DNA of 63,283 bases, filler included, from Actinomycetota bacterium (lineage in GTDB: Bacteria > Actinomycetota > CADDZG01 > JAHWKV01 > JAOPZY01): NCBI GenBank assembly GCA_025963875.1. It is 8 parts of 8 records of this genome, joined end to end, with 100 filler letters (N's around TTAATTAATTAA, not from the genome) between each part and the next. Parts side by side here need not be neighbours in the genome. Positions count along the whole stretch, not along the records: positions 1 to 10,474 come from JAOPZY010000129.1; 7 more parts are not named here. The stretch is one strand, 5' to 3'. Of this stretch, positions 1 to 9,054 are shown piece by piece. Each line of letters starts with the position of its first letter. Positions within the stretch are counted from its first letter, which is position 1. The notes below the pieces were generated by a model. That model saw only the letters and a list, made by a program, of their open reading frames with translations. It was not told the origin of the DNA and did not search any database. Made by a program: the position numbers and the translations under genes.

Positions 1-1066
1 GGCTCGTCCGGCCGCAGCCCAGTCCGTGGCCCCGGCAGCGCGGGCGACCGAGGCGGCGCCCGCTGCCGACGAGCCGCTGCGCGGGGTCCTGTCGCCGCTG
101 GTCCGCAAACTGGCCAACGAGCGGGGCATCGACCTGGCGACGGTCCGCGGGACCGGCACCGGGGGCCGCATCACCAAGCAGGACGTCCTTGCCGCACCGC
201 TGCCGGCCGACGAGCCGGCTCCCGAACCTGCGGCCGAGCCCGCTCCCGAGCCCATCCAGGCGGCCCCAGCCGCGGCCGCTGCCGCCCAGCCGGCACCCGC
301 GGCAGCCGTGGCCTATGCCGCGCCTTCGACCGGCGGTGACGAGGTCGTCCCCGTCTCGAACATGCGCAAGTCGATCGCCGAGCACATGGTCTCCTCGAAC
401 CTCGAGACGGCACGGGCGTGGAACGCGGTCGAGGTCGACATGACCCGCATCTACCACCTGCGCCGCCAGGCCGGGGTTCTCTTCAAGGAGCGGGAAGGCT
501 TCTCGCTCACGTGGATGCCCTTCGTCGCCAAGGCGGTCACCCAGGCGCTGCTCAAGTACCCGCAGGTGAACGCGACGTGGAACGGCGACGGCACCATCAC
601 CCGCAAGCACTACGTCAACCTCGGCATCGCCGTCGCGCTCGAGAACGGGCTGATCGTCCCGGTGCTGAAGAACGCCGACGGCATGAACCTCGTCGGGCTC
701 GCCCGCTCCATCCGCGACCTGGCCGACCGGGCGCGGGCCAAGCGCCTCCAGCCCGACGACGTCAAGGGTGGAACATTCACGATTACGAACCCCGGGCCCT
801 TTGGTTCGATCATGTCCGTGCCGATCATCAATAAAGGACAGGCAGGAATCCTTGCTTTCGACGCAGTGGCCAAGCGACCCGTGGTGGTCACCGATGACGA
901 TGGGAACGACGCAGTGGCCATCCGGCATATGGTGTTCATCTCGATGTCGTGGGACCACCGCATCATCGACGGAGCCGAGGCTGCCCGGTACCTCTCGCAG
1001 CTCAAGAGCCAGCTCGAACAGGCCGACTTCGCGCCGGACCTGAGCGCCTACCTGCCAGGGCGGTAA
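1..1066 (+). CDS. Dihydrolipoamide acyltransferase (E2) of a 2-oxoacid dehydrogenase, 5'-truncated by the window
   Basis: E3-binding domain (SPLVRKLANERGIDLATVRGTGTGGRITKQD), Ala/Pro linker and catalytic SWDHRIIDG motif. Confidence 0.93.
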   Translation, partial: ARPAAAQSVAPAARATEAAPAADEPLRGVLSPLVRKLANERGIDLATVRGTGTGGRITKQDVLAAPLPADEPAPEPAAEPAPEPIQAAPAAAAAAQPAPAAAVAYAAPSTGGDEVVPVSNMRKSIAEHMVSSNLETARAWNAVEVDMTRIYHLRRQAGVLFKEREGFSLTWMPFVAKAVTQALLKYPQVNATWNGDGTITRKHYVNLGIAVALENGLIVPVLKNADGMNLVGLARSIRDLADRARAKRLQPDDVKGGTFTITNPGPFGSIMSVPIINKGQAGILAFDAVAKRPVVVTDDDGNDAVAIRHMVFISMSWDHRIIDGAEAARYLSQLKSQLEQADFAPDLSAYLPGR

Positions 1067-1827
1067 TGAAGACGCTCACCGTGGTCGTCGCCGGTACCGT
1101 CGGCTACGGCCCCGCTCTGGAATGGCAGAACGAGCTCTACCGCCGCAGGGTGGCAGGGGAGGCCGAGGACGTCATGCTGCTGCTGGAACATCCCCACGTG
1201 TACACGCTCGGCCGCCGCTTCTCGGCCGAGCACCTCCTGCTGTCGCCCGAGGTCCTGGCGCAGCGGGGGATCGAGGTCTTCGAGTGCGACCGGGGCGGCA
1301 GCATCACCTACCACGGCCCCGGGCAGCTTGTCGGCTACCCGGTCCTGCAGCTCGAGAACCCCGACGTGATCGCCTACCTCCGCTCGCTCGAGGAGGTGCT
1401 GATCGGTGCGGTGGGCGACTTCGGCATCCCGGCTGAGCGGCGCGAGGGGTTCACGGGCGTCTGGGTCGGCGAGGAGAAGCTCGCGGCCATCGGCGTCAAC
1501 GTCTCCCGGGGCGTCACCAAGCACGGATTCGCCCTGAACGTGACCACCGATCTCTCGTACTTCGCTGGCATGGTCCCCTGCGGGATTGCCGCCGTGCGGG
1601 TCACGTCCCTGGAGCGGCTTCTCGGCGCCGCCCCGCCGATGCCGGCGGTGCAGGATGCGGTGGTCGCCCGGCTCGCCACGATCCTGGGGGCGACGGTCCG
1701 GCAGCGGGACGTCGCCGACGTTGGTTTACCTGGGGTTACAATGCGCGAGGAAGCCAGAATCCTTCCGTTTCCACGCAAGCCGGGCATCCCTGGCGGAAGG
1801 GTAGGGAGCATCGATGGCCAAGGCTGA
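1066..1827 (+). CDS. lipB: Lipoyl(octanoyl) transferase
   Basis: LLEHPHVYTLGR, DRGGSITYHGPGQLVGY, KLAAIG, HGFALNV and VPCG motifs; ATG at 1066 overlaps the E2 stop (TAATG). Confidence 0.93.
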   Translation: MKTLTVVVAGTVGYGPALEWQNELYRRRVAGEAEDVMLLLEHPHVYTLGRRFSAEHLLLSPEVLAQRGIEVFECDRGGSITYHGPGQLVGYPVLQLENPDVIAYLRSLEEVLIGAVGDFGIPAERREGFTGVWVGEEKLAAIGVNVSRGVTKHGFALNVTTDLSYFAGMVPCGIAAVRVTSLERLLGAAPPMPAVQDAVVARLATILGATVRQRDVADVGLPGVTMREEARILPFPRKPGIPGGRVGSIDGQG

Positions 1828-2845
1828 ACGAGCGCAGGAGCGATCCGCCGAGAGAGCGCCGGCGCGCCACGAGGTGGCGAATCTGAGCGAGGCGCAGCTC
1901 CTCGACCTTCACCGCTTCATGGTGACCGCGCGCATGCTGGACGAGCGCATGTGGGCGCTCAACCGTCAGGGCAAGGCACCCTTCGTCGTGAGCTCCGCCG
2001 GGCACGAGGGCTGCCAGGTCGGATCGGCCTACGCCCTCACGCGGGGCTCGGATTTCTGCGTCCCGTACTACCGGGACCTCGGGGTGGTCCTCGTCGCCGG
2101 CCTGACGATGCGCGACGTGCTGCTCGGCGTCTACGCCAAGGTGGAGGACCCGTGCAACGGCGCCCGCCAGATGCCGTCGCACTGGGGGAGTCGCCGGCTC
2201 GGGATCATCAACGGGTCGTCGCCAATCGCTACGCAGGTGCCCCACGCCGTCGGGCTCGCCTACGCGGTGAAGTACCGCCGGGAGCCGGCCGTCGTGATGT
2301 GCTGGTTCGGCGAGGGGGCCACCTCGATGGGCGACTGGCACGAGGCCATGAACTTTGCCGGGATCCACAAGGTGCCGGTCATCTTCGTCTGTGAGAACAA
2401 CAAGTACGCCATCAGCGTGCCCCAGACCAAGCAGATGGCCATCGAGAACGTCGCCGACCGGGCGGCCGGCTACGGGTTCGAGGGCCACGTGGTGGACGGC
2501 AACGACGTCATGGCCTGCTACGAGGTGACCAAGGCCGCCGTCGACAAGGCCCGCAGCGGTGGGGGCCCCACCCTCATCGAGGCCAAGACCTACCGCTACG
2601 CTCCCCATACGTCCGACGACGACGACCGCACCTACCGATCCAAGGATGAAGTGAAGCAGGCCCGGGAGCTGGACCCCATCCCGAGATTCCAGGCATACCT
2701 GAAGGAGCACGGGGTCATCACCGAGGACGGGATCAAGGCGCTGGTGGACACCATCAGGACCGAGCTGGCCGAGGCGGTCCAGTACGTCGACCAAGCCCCC
2801 TACCCCGTCCCCGAGGACGCCCTGCGCCACGTCTACGCAGAGTAG
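1814..2845 (+). CDS. TPP-dependent 2-oxoacid (probably branched-chain) dehydrogenase E1 alpha subunit
   Basis: TPP motif GEGATSMGDWHEAMNFA...CENN; YYRD; RQMPSHW; HTSDDD. Confidence 0.92.
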   Translation: MAKAERAQERSAERAPARHEVANLSEAQLLDLHRFMVTARMLDERMWALNRQGKAPFVVSSAGHEGCQVGSAYALTRGSDFCVPYYRDLGVVLVAGLTMRDVLLGVYAKVEDPCNGARQMPSHWGSRRLGIINGSSPIATQVPHAVGLAYAVKYRREPAVVMCWFGEGATSMGDWHEAMNFAGIHKVPVIFVCENNKYAISVPQTKQMAIENVADRAAGYGFEGHVVDGNDVMACYEVTKAAVDKARSGGGPTLIEAKTYRYAPHTSDDDDRTYRSKDEVKQARELDPIPRFQAYLKEHGVITEDGIKALVDTIRTELAEAVQYVDQAPYPVPEDALRHVYAE

Positions 2846-2887
2846 AGCTCTCCCACTCCGAAGGTTCGGTCGCAAGGACAACAGCCC

Positions 2888-3874
2888 ATGGCGAAGAAGA
2901 GTCTCATCAAATCCATCCACGACACGATGTGGGACCTCATGGCGGGCGACGAGCGGGTGCTCATCATGGGGGAGGACGTCGGCACCCGCGGCGGGGTTTT
3001 CCGGGCGACCGAGGGGTTCGTCGACAAGTTCGGCGAGGAGCGGGTCATCGACGCGCCGCTGGCGGAGTCCTCCATCGTCGGGCACGGCATCGGCATGGCC
3101 CTCGGCGGCCTGCTGCCCATCCTCGAGATCCAGTTCGCGGACTTCATCCACCCCGCCTTCAACCAGATCGTCCAGGAGGCTGCCCGCCTGCGGTACCGGT
3201 CCAACGGAGACTTCACCTGCCCCATCGTGATCCGGGCCCCCTACGGCGCCGGCGTCCACGGCGGGCTGTACCACTCGCAGTCGGTGGAGGCGTTCTTCGC
3301 CCACGTGCCGGGGCTGAAGATCGTCATGCCGTCCACCCCGTACGACGCCAAGGGCCTCCTGCGCTCGGCGCTCTACGACCCCGACCCGGTCCTCTACTTC
3401 GAGCACAAGAAGTGCTACCGGATGATCACGGGCGAGGTCCCGGACGAGGACTACGAGATCCCCATCGGCAAGGCCGAGATCAAGCGGGAAGGTGACGCCC
3501 TGACCGTCATCGCCTACGGCCTCATGCTGCACCACTGCCTCGCCGCCGCCGAGCGGCTCTCCCAGGAGGAGGGCAGGGAGGCCGAGGTGCTCGACCCCCG
3601 CAGCGTGGCACCGATGGACTGGCCGGCGATCTTTCAGTCCGTGACGAAGACCTCCAAGGCGATGATCGTCTACGAGGACAACCGTACCCTCGGCGTGGGG
3701 GCCGAGATCAGCGCCCGCATCGGTGAGGAGCTGTTCTACGACCTCGAGGCGCCGGTGGTCCGCATCGGGGGGCCGGACGTGCCGGGCACCCCGTACTCGA
3801 AGGTGCTGGAAGACTTCTTCCTGCCGACACCCGACCAGATCTACGCGCAGATGCTAGAGCTGGCCCGCTACTGA
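2888..3874 (+). CDS. 2-oxoacid dehydrogenase E1 beta subunit
   Basis: GEDVGTRGGVFRATEG, EIQFADF, GGLYHSQS, FEHKKCYR; directly follows E1 alpha. Confidence 0.93.
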   Translation: MAKKSLIKSIHDTMWDLMAGDERVLIMGEDVGTRGGVFRATEGFVDKFGEERVIDAPLAESSIVGHGIGMALGGLLPILEIQFADFIHPAFNQIVQEAARLRYRSNGDFTCPIVIRAPYGAGVHGGLYHSQSVEAFFAHVPGLKIVMPSTPYDAKGLLRSALYDPDPVLYFEHKKCYRMITGEVPDEDYEIPIGKAEIKREGDALTVIAYGLMLHHCLAAAERLSQEEGREAEVLDPRSVAPMDWPAIFQSVTKTSKAMIVYEDNRTLGVGAEISARIGEELFYDLEAPVVRIGGPDVPGTPYSKVLEDFFLPTPDQIYAQMLELARY

Positions 3875-3876
3875 GG

Positions 3877-4377
3877 TTACGCCTCGGGCTCGGCTTCCAC
3901 TTCCTCTTCCTCCGCGGCCTCCTCCTCCTCGGGTCCGCCTTCGAAGAGGTCCTTCAACCGGGACAGGCAGTCGACCTCGGCCCGCATCTGCCGCTCGATG
4001 ATCTTCCCGGCGAATCGCATCGGCACCTTCATCAGGCCCTTGGCCTCCAGGTCCAGGCTGAACCGGACCGTGGTGGCACCGGCAACCGGCTCCTCCAGGT
4101 CGAAGGACCCCGTCGGGCGGGCGGGCCCGGCGATGACCTCGAAGGCGAACCGGTCCGGGACCTGGTAGTCGGTGATCCGGTAGTCGCCGTCCATGCGACG
4201 GCCCTTCGGCCCCCGCAGCCCCTGGCCGTAGACGGCGCCCTCCTCAGGGCCGCCGTCGGGGGGCGTGATGTCCATGACCCCCGGGCGCCATTGCGGGTTG
4301 TTGGTCCCGTCGGCGATGAAGGCGAAGACGTCGGTGATGGGCGCGGCGATGACGACCATGTTCTCAGCGTGTGGCAA
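3877..4377 (-). CDS. SRPBCC/polyketide cyclase-family protein
   Basis: IAAPITDVFAFIADGTNNPQW signature; TTG start behind an AAGGAGG RBS at 4384-4390. Confidence 0.8.
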   Translation of the reverse strand: MPHAENMVVIAAPITDVFAFIADGTNNPQWRPGVMDITPPDGGPEEGAVYGQGLRGPKGRRMDGDYRITDYQVPDRFAFEVIAGPARPTGSFDLEEPVAGATTVRFSLDLEAKGLMKVPMRFAGKIIERQMRAEVDCLSRLKDLFEGGPEEEEAAEEEEVEAEPEA

Positions 4378-4406
4378 ACCCGGCCTCCTTGTGAGCGCCG
4401 CCCAGC

Positions 4407-6089
4407 CTATCGGGCCGTGAGGCTGATCACCACGACGGCGAGGCCCACCAGTCCCACGCCCAGCCCGGCGAGGTAGTCGAAGGCCCACTGCCACGAGCGG
4501 GTGCGGGTGCCGTCGGCCGCCGTGATGTCCCGGAGCTCGACGACCGGCGTCGGCGAGCGGCGGTACCAGCCCCGAGCCAGGACCTCCTGCTCGGCGTAGC
4601 GGCCGGCCTTCAACAGGGCGAACAGCGCCCGTGAGAAGGGGACCGGCTGGCGGTACAGCAGCGGGACGAAGCCGCTGCCGTCCTGGAGGACGAGGTCCGG
4701 CGAGAGCACGTAGCCCGGCATGGCACGGCCGATGATCCGCCCCCGGAGGCTGACCGGCAGGCCAGTGACGGGGGAGGCGTCGAGGCGCCCGAGCAGGGTG
4801 GTCACCCGGTCGACCGGCTTGTGGTGAGCGGGGGGGTGGCGCAGCAGCGCCTTGACGAGCAGCAGCCCCCCGCCGGCGAGCAGGCACCAGCCGACCACGG
4901 GGTGGTTCTTGGTCACGTAGCCGAGGGCGGCGCCGATGAGGGCCACCGGGGCGGCAAAGCGCACGACCAGCTCACCAGCGAAACGGCGGCGGGCCGTGCG
5001 GACCTGTGGGTCGTCCGCCGCCTCCTCCACGTTGACGGCGTGCCAGCGGGTGGGGGCCCCGGGAAGGCCCGAGCGCTCCAGGTCGGCGATGCGGCGCACG
5101 ACGATCGGGTGGCTGGCCAGGAACTGCTGGAAGCGGGCCCACGGGTTCACGGCCTCCCACCGAAGGGCTCCGAGGATGTCCTCGGGGGCGACGCCCTCCT
5201 CGAGGGCGAGCGTCACCGCAGCCGCCTGATTGGGGTCGGCGATACCGAGGACGCTCATGGACGCCAGGCGGCGCTGGCGGCTGCGGGCCTTGGCCGCGTC
5301 CCGCTGGATCTGGCGCTTTGAGCTCCCGGCAGCCTTTGCCTGGGCCAGCAGTTCCTGGGCCTCCGCCTCCTGGGCCTCCTTCTGCTTGCCCATGCCGTAG
5401 GCGATCTTGATGAGGGCCGAGCACAGGGCGTCGCCGTCGCCCGTCACCTCGCAGGAGTGGTGGTCGGCCGCGGTCTCGCGAGCGCGGGCGAGGGCCAGGA
5501 CCACGAAGGTGCTCACGAAGTAGACGGCGTAGGCCCCGAGCAGGACCGGGAGCGAGTTGCGGTTCCGGTTGGTGCGGGCGGCCAGCACGACGTAGTAGGC
5601 GAGGATCGGGATCGCGGCGGCGAAGGTCATGACGATGAAGTCGTTGTGCTTGACGTGGCCGATCTCGTGCGAGACCACCGCGTCGAGCTCACGCTCGTCC
5701 AGCCGCTCCAGCAGGCCCCGGGTCACCCACACCCGGGCATCGCCACGGTAGTGACCGAACGTGAAGGCGTTGGGCATGCCGTCGTCCACGATGCCGAGCC
5801 GGACGAGGGGGACGCCGGCCTCCCTGCACCGCCGGGCCACGATGGCGCCGACGGGGTGGTCGATGGCGTACCCGTCGCCGTCGGGCGTCAGCGGGATCAT
5901 GGTTGCGGGAACGAGCCACTGCAGCAGGGCGGGGTTGATGGCGTACTGCAACCCGATGATCACGACAGCCAGCACCAGCGGCACCCAGACCGGCACGCCG
6001 ATGGCCACGAGGACGCCACCCCCGACGACGAGGATCGCCCCGAGCGTCATCAGGGAAAGCAACGATCGCCGCAACACGTAACCCGACAT
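4407..6089 (-). CDS. M48/HtpX-family membrane zinc metalloprotease with C-terminal extension
   Basis: PNAFTFG, HEIGH zinc motif, RETAAD, SHP; transmembrane segments; AAGGAG RBS before ATG 6089. Confidence 0.85.
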   Translation of the reverse strand: MSGYVLRRSLLSLMTLGAILVVGGGVLVAIGVPVWVPLVLAVVIIGLQYAINPALLQWLVPATMIPLTPDGDGYAIDHPVGAIVARRCREAGVPLVRLGIVDDGMPNAFTFGHYRGDARVWVTRGLLERLDERELDAVVSHEIGHVKHNDFIVMTFAAAIPILAYYVVLAARTNRNRNSLPVLLGAYAVYFVSTFVVLALARARETAADHHSCEVTGDGDALCSALIKIAYGMGKQKEAQEAEAQELLAQAKAAGSSKRQIQRDAAKARSRQRRLASMSVLGIADPNQAAAVTLALEEGVAPEDILGALRWEAVNPWARFQQFLASHPIVVRRIADLERSGLPGAPTRWHAVNVEEAADDPQVRTARRRFAGELVVRFAAPVALIGAALGYVTKNHPVVGWCLLAGGGLLLVKALLRHPPAHHKPVDRVTTLLGRLDASPVTGLPVSLRGRIIGRAMPGYVLSPDLVLQDGSGFVPLLYRQPVPFSRALFALLKAGRYAEQEVLARGWYRRSPTPVVELRDITAADGTRTRSWQWAFDYLAGLGVGLVGLAVVVISLTAR

Positions 6090-6177
6090 GTGGGTCCACT
6101 CCTTCATCGCGCAGACTGCGGGAATACTCCTGACGACGATGGTACGTCCAGCGTCCACTACACGCTAAGGTTGGTCT

Positions 6178-7122
6178 ATGACCCAGGTGTTCATGGGGGG
6201 ATCGATCCCCACCCGCGCAGAGCTCGGCGAGGCAGCGCCTCGACGGCCGCCTCGCCCGCCGTGGCTGCGCAACCGCCTGCGGACCGGCCCGAACTATCTC
6301 GACCTGAAGGGCCTGGTCCGCGGCCTCGAGCTGCACACGGTCTGCGAGGAGGCCTCGTGCCCGAACGTCTACGAGTGCTGGGAGGCCCGCGAGGCGACCT
6401 TCCTCATCCTGGGCCGCCTCTGCACCCGCCGGTGCGGGTTCTGCGACATCGCCACCGGCAAGCCGGGCCCCCTTGATCCCGAGGAGCCCGTCCGGGTCGC
6501 CGAGGCGGTGGAGCGGATGGGCCTGCGCTTCGCCGTGGTGACCGGCGTCGAACGGGACGACGCCCCGCCGCAGGTCGTGGCCGGCATCTGGGCGGCGACC
6601 ATCCGGGCCATCCGGGAGCGCGTGCCGGACTGCCGGGTCGAGGTCCTGACCGGCGACCTGAAGGGCGACCCGGCCGCGATCGCCACCGTCATGGAGGCCG
6701 AGCCCGATGTCTACGCCCACAACCTCGAGACCTCCCGGCGGATGCACCGGACGATCCGGCCGGGTTTCCGCTACGACCGGTCCCTCGACGTGCTGCGCCG
6801 GGCGAAGGAACTGAAGCCCCTGATCCCCACGAAGTCGAACGTGATCGTCGGCATGGGGGAGACGTTCGAGGAGGTCGTCGAGACGCTCGAGGACCTCCGT
6901 GCCGCCGGGGTCGACCTGATGACCATCGGCCAGTACCTGTCGCCCTCCGCCGACCACCACGTGCCGGTGCACCGCTGGGTCCACCCGGACGAGTTCGCCG
7001 AATACCGCCGCATCGGCGGGGAGCTCGGCTTCGCCTGGGTCGAGTCCGGCCCCCTGGTGCGCTCCTCGTACCACGCGGGCAAGCAGTACCGGGCCGCCGC
7101 CGCCCGCCTGGGGACCGGCTAG
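6178..7122 (+). CDS. lipA: Lipoyl synthase (radical SAM)
   Basis: CEEASCPNVYEC, CTRRCGFC and GPLVRSSY motifs. Confidence 0.97.
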   Translation: MTQVFMGGSIPTRAELGEAAPRRPPRPPWLRNRLRTGPNYLDLKGLVRGLELHTVCEEASCPNVYECWEAREATFLILGRLCTRRCGFCDIATGKPGPLDPEEPVRVAEAVERMGLRFAVVTGVERDDAPPQVVAGIWAATIRAIRERVPDCRVEVLTGDLKGDPAAIATVMEAEPDVYAHNLETSRRMHRTIRPGFRYDRSLDVLRRAKELKPLIPTKSNVIVGMGETFEEVVETLEDLRAAGVDLMTIGQYLSPSADHHVPVHRWVHPDEFAEYRRIGGELGFAWVESGPLVRSSYHAGKQYRAAAARLGTG

Positions 7123-7142
7123 CCCGCCAATTTGGGCGGCAC

Positions 7143-7197
7143 GATGTTCTTTGTGTGAATAACTGCCAATATCATAGTTTTTCACACAAAGAAGATC
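7143..7197. repeat. 55-bp AT-rich palindromic element, copy 1
   Basis: TTCTTTGTGTGAA...TTCACACAAAGAA arms; same length and similar sequence as 46295-46349. Confidence 0.8.
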
Positions 7198-7215
7198 CTC
7201 GGCGTCCATTGCGAC

Positions 7216-7299
7216 CCGCCGACCACCACGTGCTGGTGCTTCGCTGGGTCCACCGCCGCCGCCCGCCTGGGGGCCGCTAGCCCGCCAATTTGGGCGGCA
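7216..7299 (+). pseudogene. Duplicated, internally deleted copy of the lipA 3' end and its downstream hairpin
   Basis: 7216-7254 matches 6947-6985 (36/39); 7253-7299 matches 7094-7141. Confidence 0.8.
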
Positions 7300-7406
7300 G
7301 ATTCCGAGCGCCGCGTCGCGGGCGGGCCAACACCGGAGTAGCTCCCAGCGGGCCTCCGATGCTACAGTCGCTATCCCCATGTGAGGCATTTGAGGCGGTA
7401 GGTGCG

Positions 7407-7949
7407 ATGCAGCGGGATCTTGAGGAAGTGGCGGCCGCGATCCGCTCCGAGATCCGGCTCGAGGCAGAGGAAGCCGAGCGCGAGGCTGCCGTCTCGGCGG
7501 CCATGCGCCGGGATGTGGCCGATGTCGCCCGGGAGCTGATGGCCCACGGCGACACGGTCGCCATCGACGTGGGGCAGTGCAGCTTCGTGGGCCCCATCCT
7601 GGCCGTCGGCAGTGACGTCGTCACCGTCGAGACGGGATCCTCGACGGGATCGAGGGTCGACGTCAACCTGAAATTCCTGCAGCACATGCGGGTGGTCAAG
7701 CGCGCCCGGTCTGGGGGGAGGCGGGGGGCGCGTGGGGCCACAGCGAGCTTCCGGGCCAGGCTGCTGGAAGTCCAGCTATCCGGCGAGGTGATCGAGGCGG
7801 GCATCGCTGGTTCCGGCGAGCCGGTCACCGGCCCGGTGGCCCTCGTGGGATCCGATCACATCGCGCTCGGAGAGGAGGCCGGGCCCGAGTGGTTCGTGCC
7901 GTTCACCTCCCTGGCGTTCGTCAGGACCAGGGATTCTTCGGCGGGTTAG
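7407..7949 (+). CDS. Hypothetical protein next to the Tad locus
   Basis: Open frame with typical GC3 bias; helical N-terminus followed by beta-rich segments. Confidence 0.6.
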   Translation: MQRDLEEVAAAIRSEIRLEAEEAEREAAVSAAMRRDVADVARELMAHGDTVAIDVGQCSFVGPILAVGSDVVTVETGSSTGSRVDVNLKFLQHMRVVKRARSGGRRGARGATASFRARLLEVQLSGEVIEAGIAGSGEPVTGPVALVGSDHIALGEEAGPEWFVPFTSLAFVRTRDSSAG

Positions 7950-8221
7950 GTGGTGGCGGGGGCCGTCTCCTCTTCCTCCTCGTCGTCGGCGGACGCGCTG
8001 GGGAGCTCCTTCAGCCAGCCCAGGATCTCGTCTCGGAGGAAGCGGTACTTGCGCGTGCCGGGTACGCGGTGGCAGGGGATGAGACCGGCATTGGCCCACT
8101 TGCGCACCTGGTTGGCGTCCGTCAGCAGCATCTCGGCCACCAGCGGGACGTCCATCACGAGCGGATAGTCTTCGGCCCGAGCCCGGGTGGGAAGATCATT
8201 GGACTGCACGGACATACTCAT
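7946..8221 (-). CDS. Excisionase-like (HTH_17) DNA-binding protein
   Basis: MDVPLVAEMLLTDANQVRKWANAGLIPCHRVPGTRKYRFLRDEILGWL; AAGGGAGG RBS. Confidence 0.8.
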   Translation of the reverse strand: MSMSVQSNDLPTRARAEDYPLVMDVPLVAEMLLTDANQVRKWANAGLIPCHRVPGTRKYRFLRDEILGWLKELPSASADDEEEEETAPATT

Positions 8222-8464
8222 TCCTCCCTTGGGCACGCTAGACAACTTCTATTGGATCGCAGATCAGCACTGACCCCTACTAAGTGACAATAGGATCTTC
8301 TAAGATGCTAGCCGAACGGTTTGGCGTGTGCAAGGAGATTCGAAGCATGATGGAGGCGACATACGGCTCGTACTGACCAATCGGGCCTCGGCCTCGCGGG
8401 GCCGGGCGCCGGGTCCCCTCTCCAGCCGGCCGGTCGACGCCGGCTATCCAGCGGGCATGTCGTC

Positions 8465-9043
8465 ATGATCGTGGCGGGGCTGCTGGCGACGGTCCTCACC
8501 TACGCGGTCCTCCGCCAGGCTGCCGGGACGGGCACCGAAGAGAGCGTCGCTGCCGACGATATCCACGCCGGGCAGGTCGTCGCGGCCCCGATGTTCGGGA
8601 CCACCAACGTCAAGGCCCCCCCGCCCGCGCTCTCGGGCATCCTCACGCCCGGGGAAGTTGCCGGGATGAGCGGCCAGGTGGCGGTGGTGGAGATCAAGAA
8701 GGGTCAGCTGGTCGGTCGCCAGTTCTTCCGGCCTGCGGCGCCGCCCCCGCCGAGGATGGCCATCACCGTGGATCCCCTCACCATCCCGGGCGGCGCCTCG
8801 GCGCTTGTGCCCGGATCGAAGATCGACCTCGTGGCGGTCACCCAGGCAGGCCAGCCGCTGCTGGTCGCGGGCCTGGTCGTGCTCAAGACGCCCGACAGCG
8901 GGAACGACCGCTCGCTCGGCTCGGCGACCACCGTCCGGATCGACGTCGCCGTGCCCGATGCGACCACCGCCCAGCTGGTCCTTGCGGCTACGAGTGGCGG
9001 CAAGTTCGCCATCCGGGTGGCCGGCGTTCCGGGCGGCGGATAG
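8465..9043 (+). CDS. SAF-domain Flp pilus assembly protein (CpaB/RcpC-like); true start may lie further upstream
   Basis: N-terminal TM, SAF-like AADDIHAGQVV, LVPGSKIDLV; upstream of CpaE-like and CpaF-like genes. Confidence 0.7.
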   Translation: MIVAGLLATVLTYAVLRQAAGTGTEESVAADDIHAGQVVAAPMFGTTNVKAPPPALSGILTPGEVAGMSGQVAVVEIKKGQLVGRQFFRPAAPPPPRMAITVDPLTIPGGASALVPGSKIDLVAVTQAGQPLLVAGLVVLKTPDSGNDRSLGSATTVRIDVAVPDATTAQLVLAATSGGKFAIRVAGVPGGG

Positions 9044-9054
9044 GCGGAGCCCAG

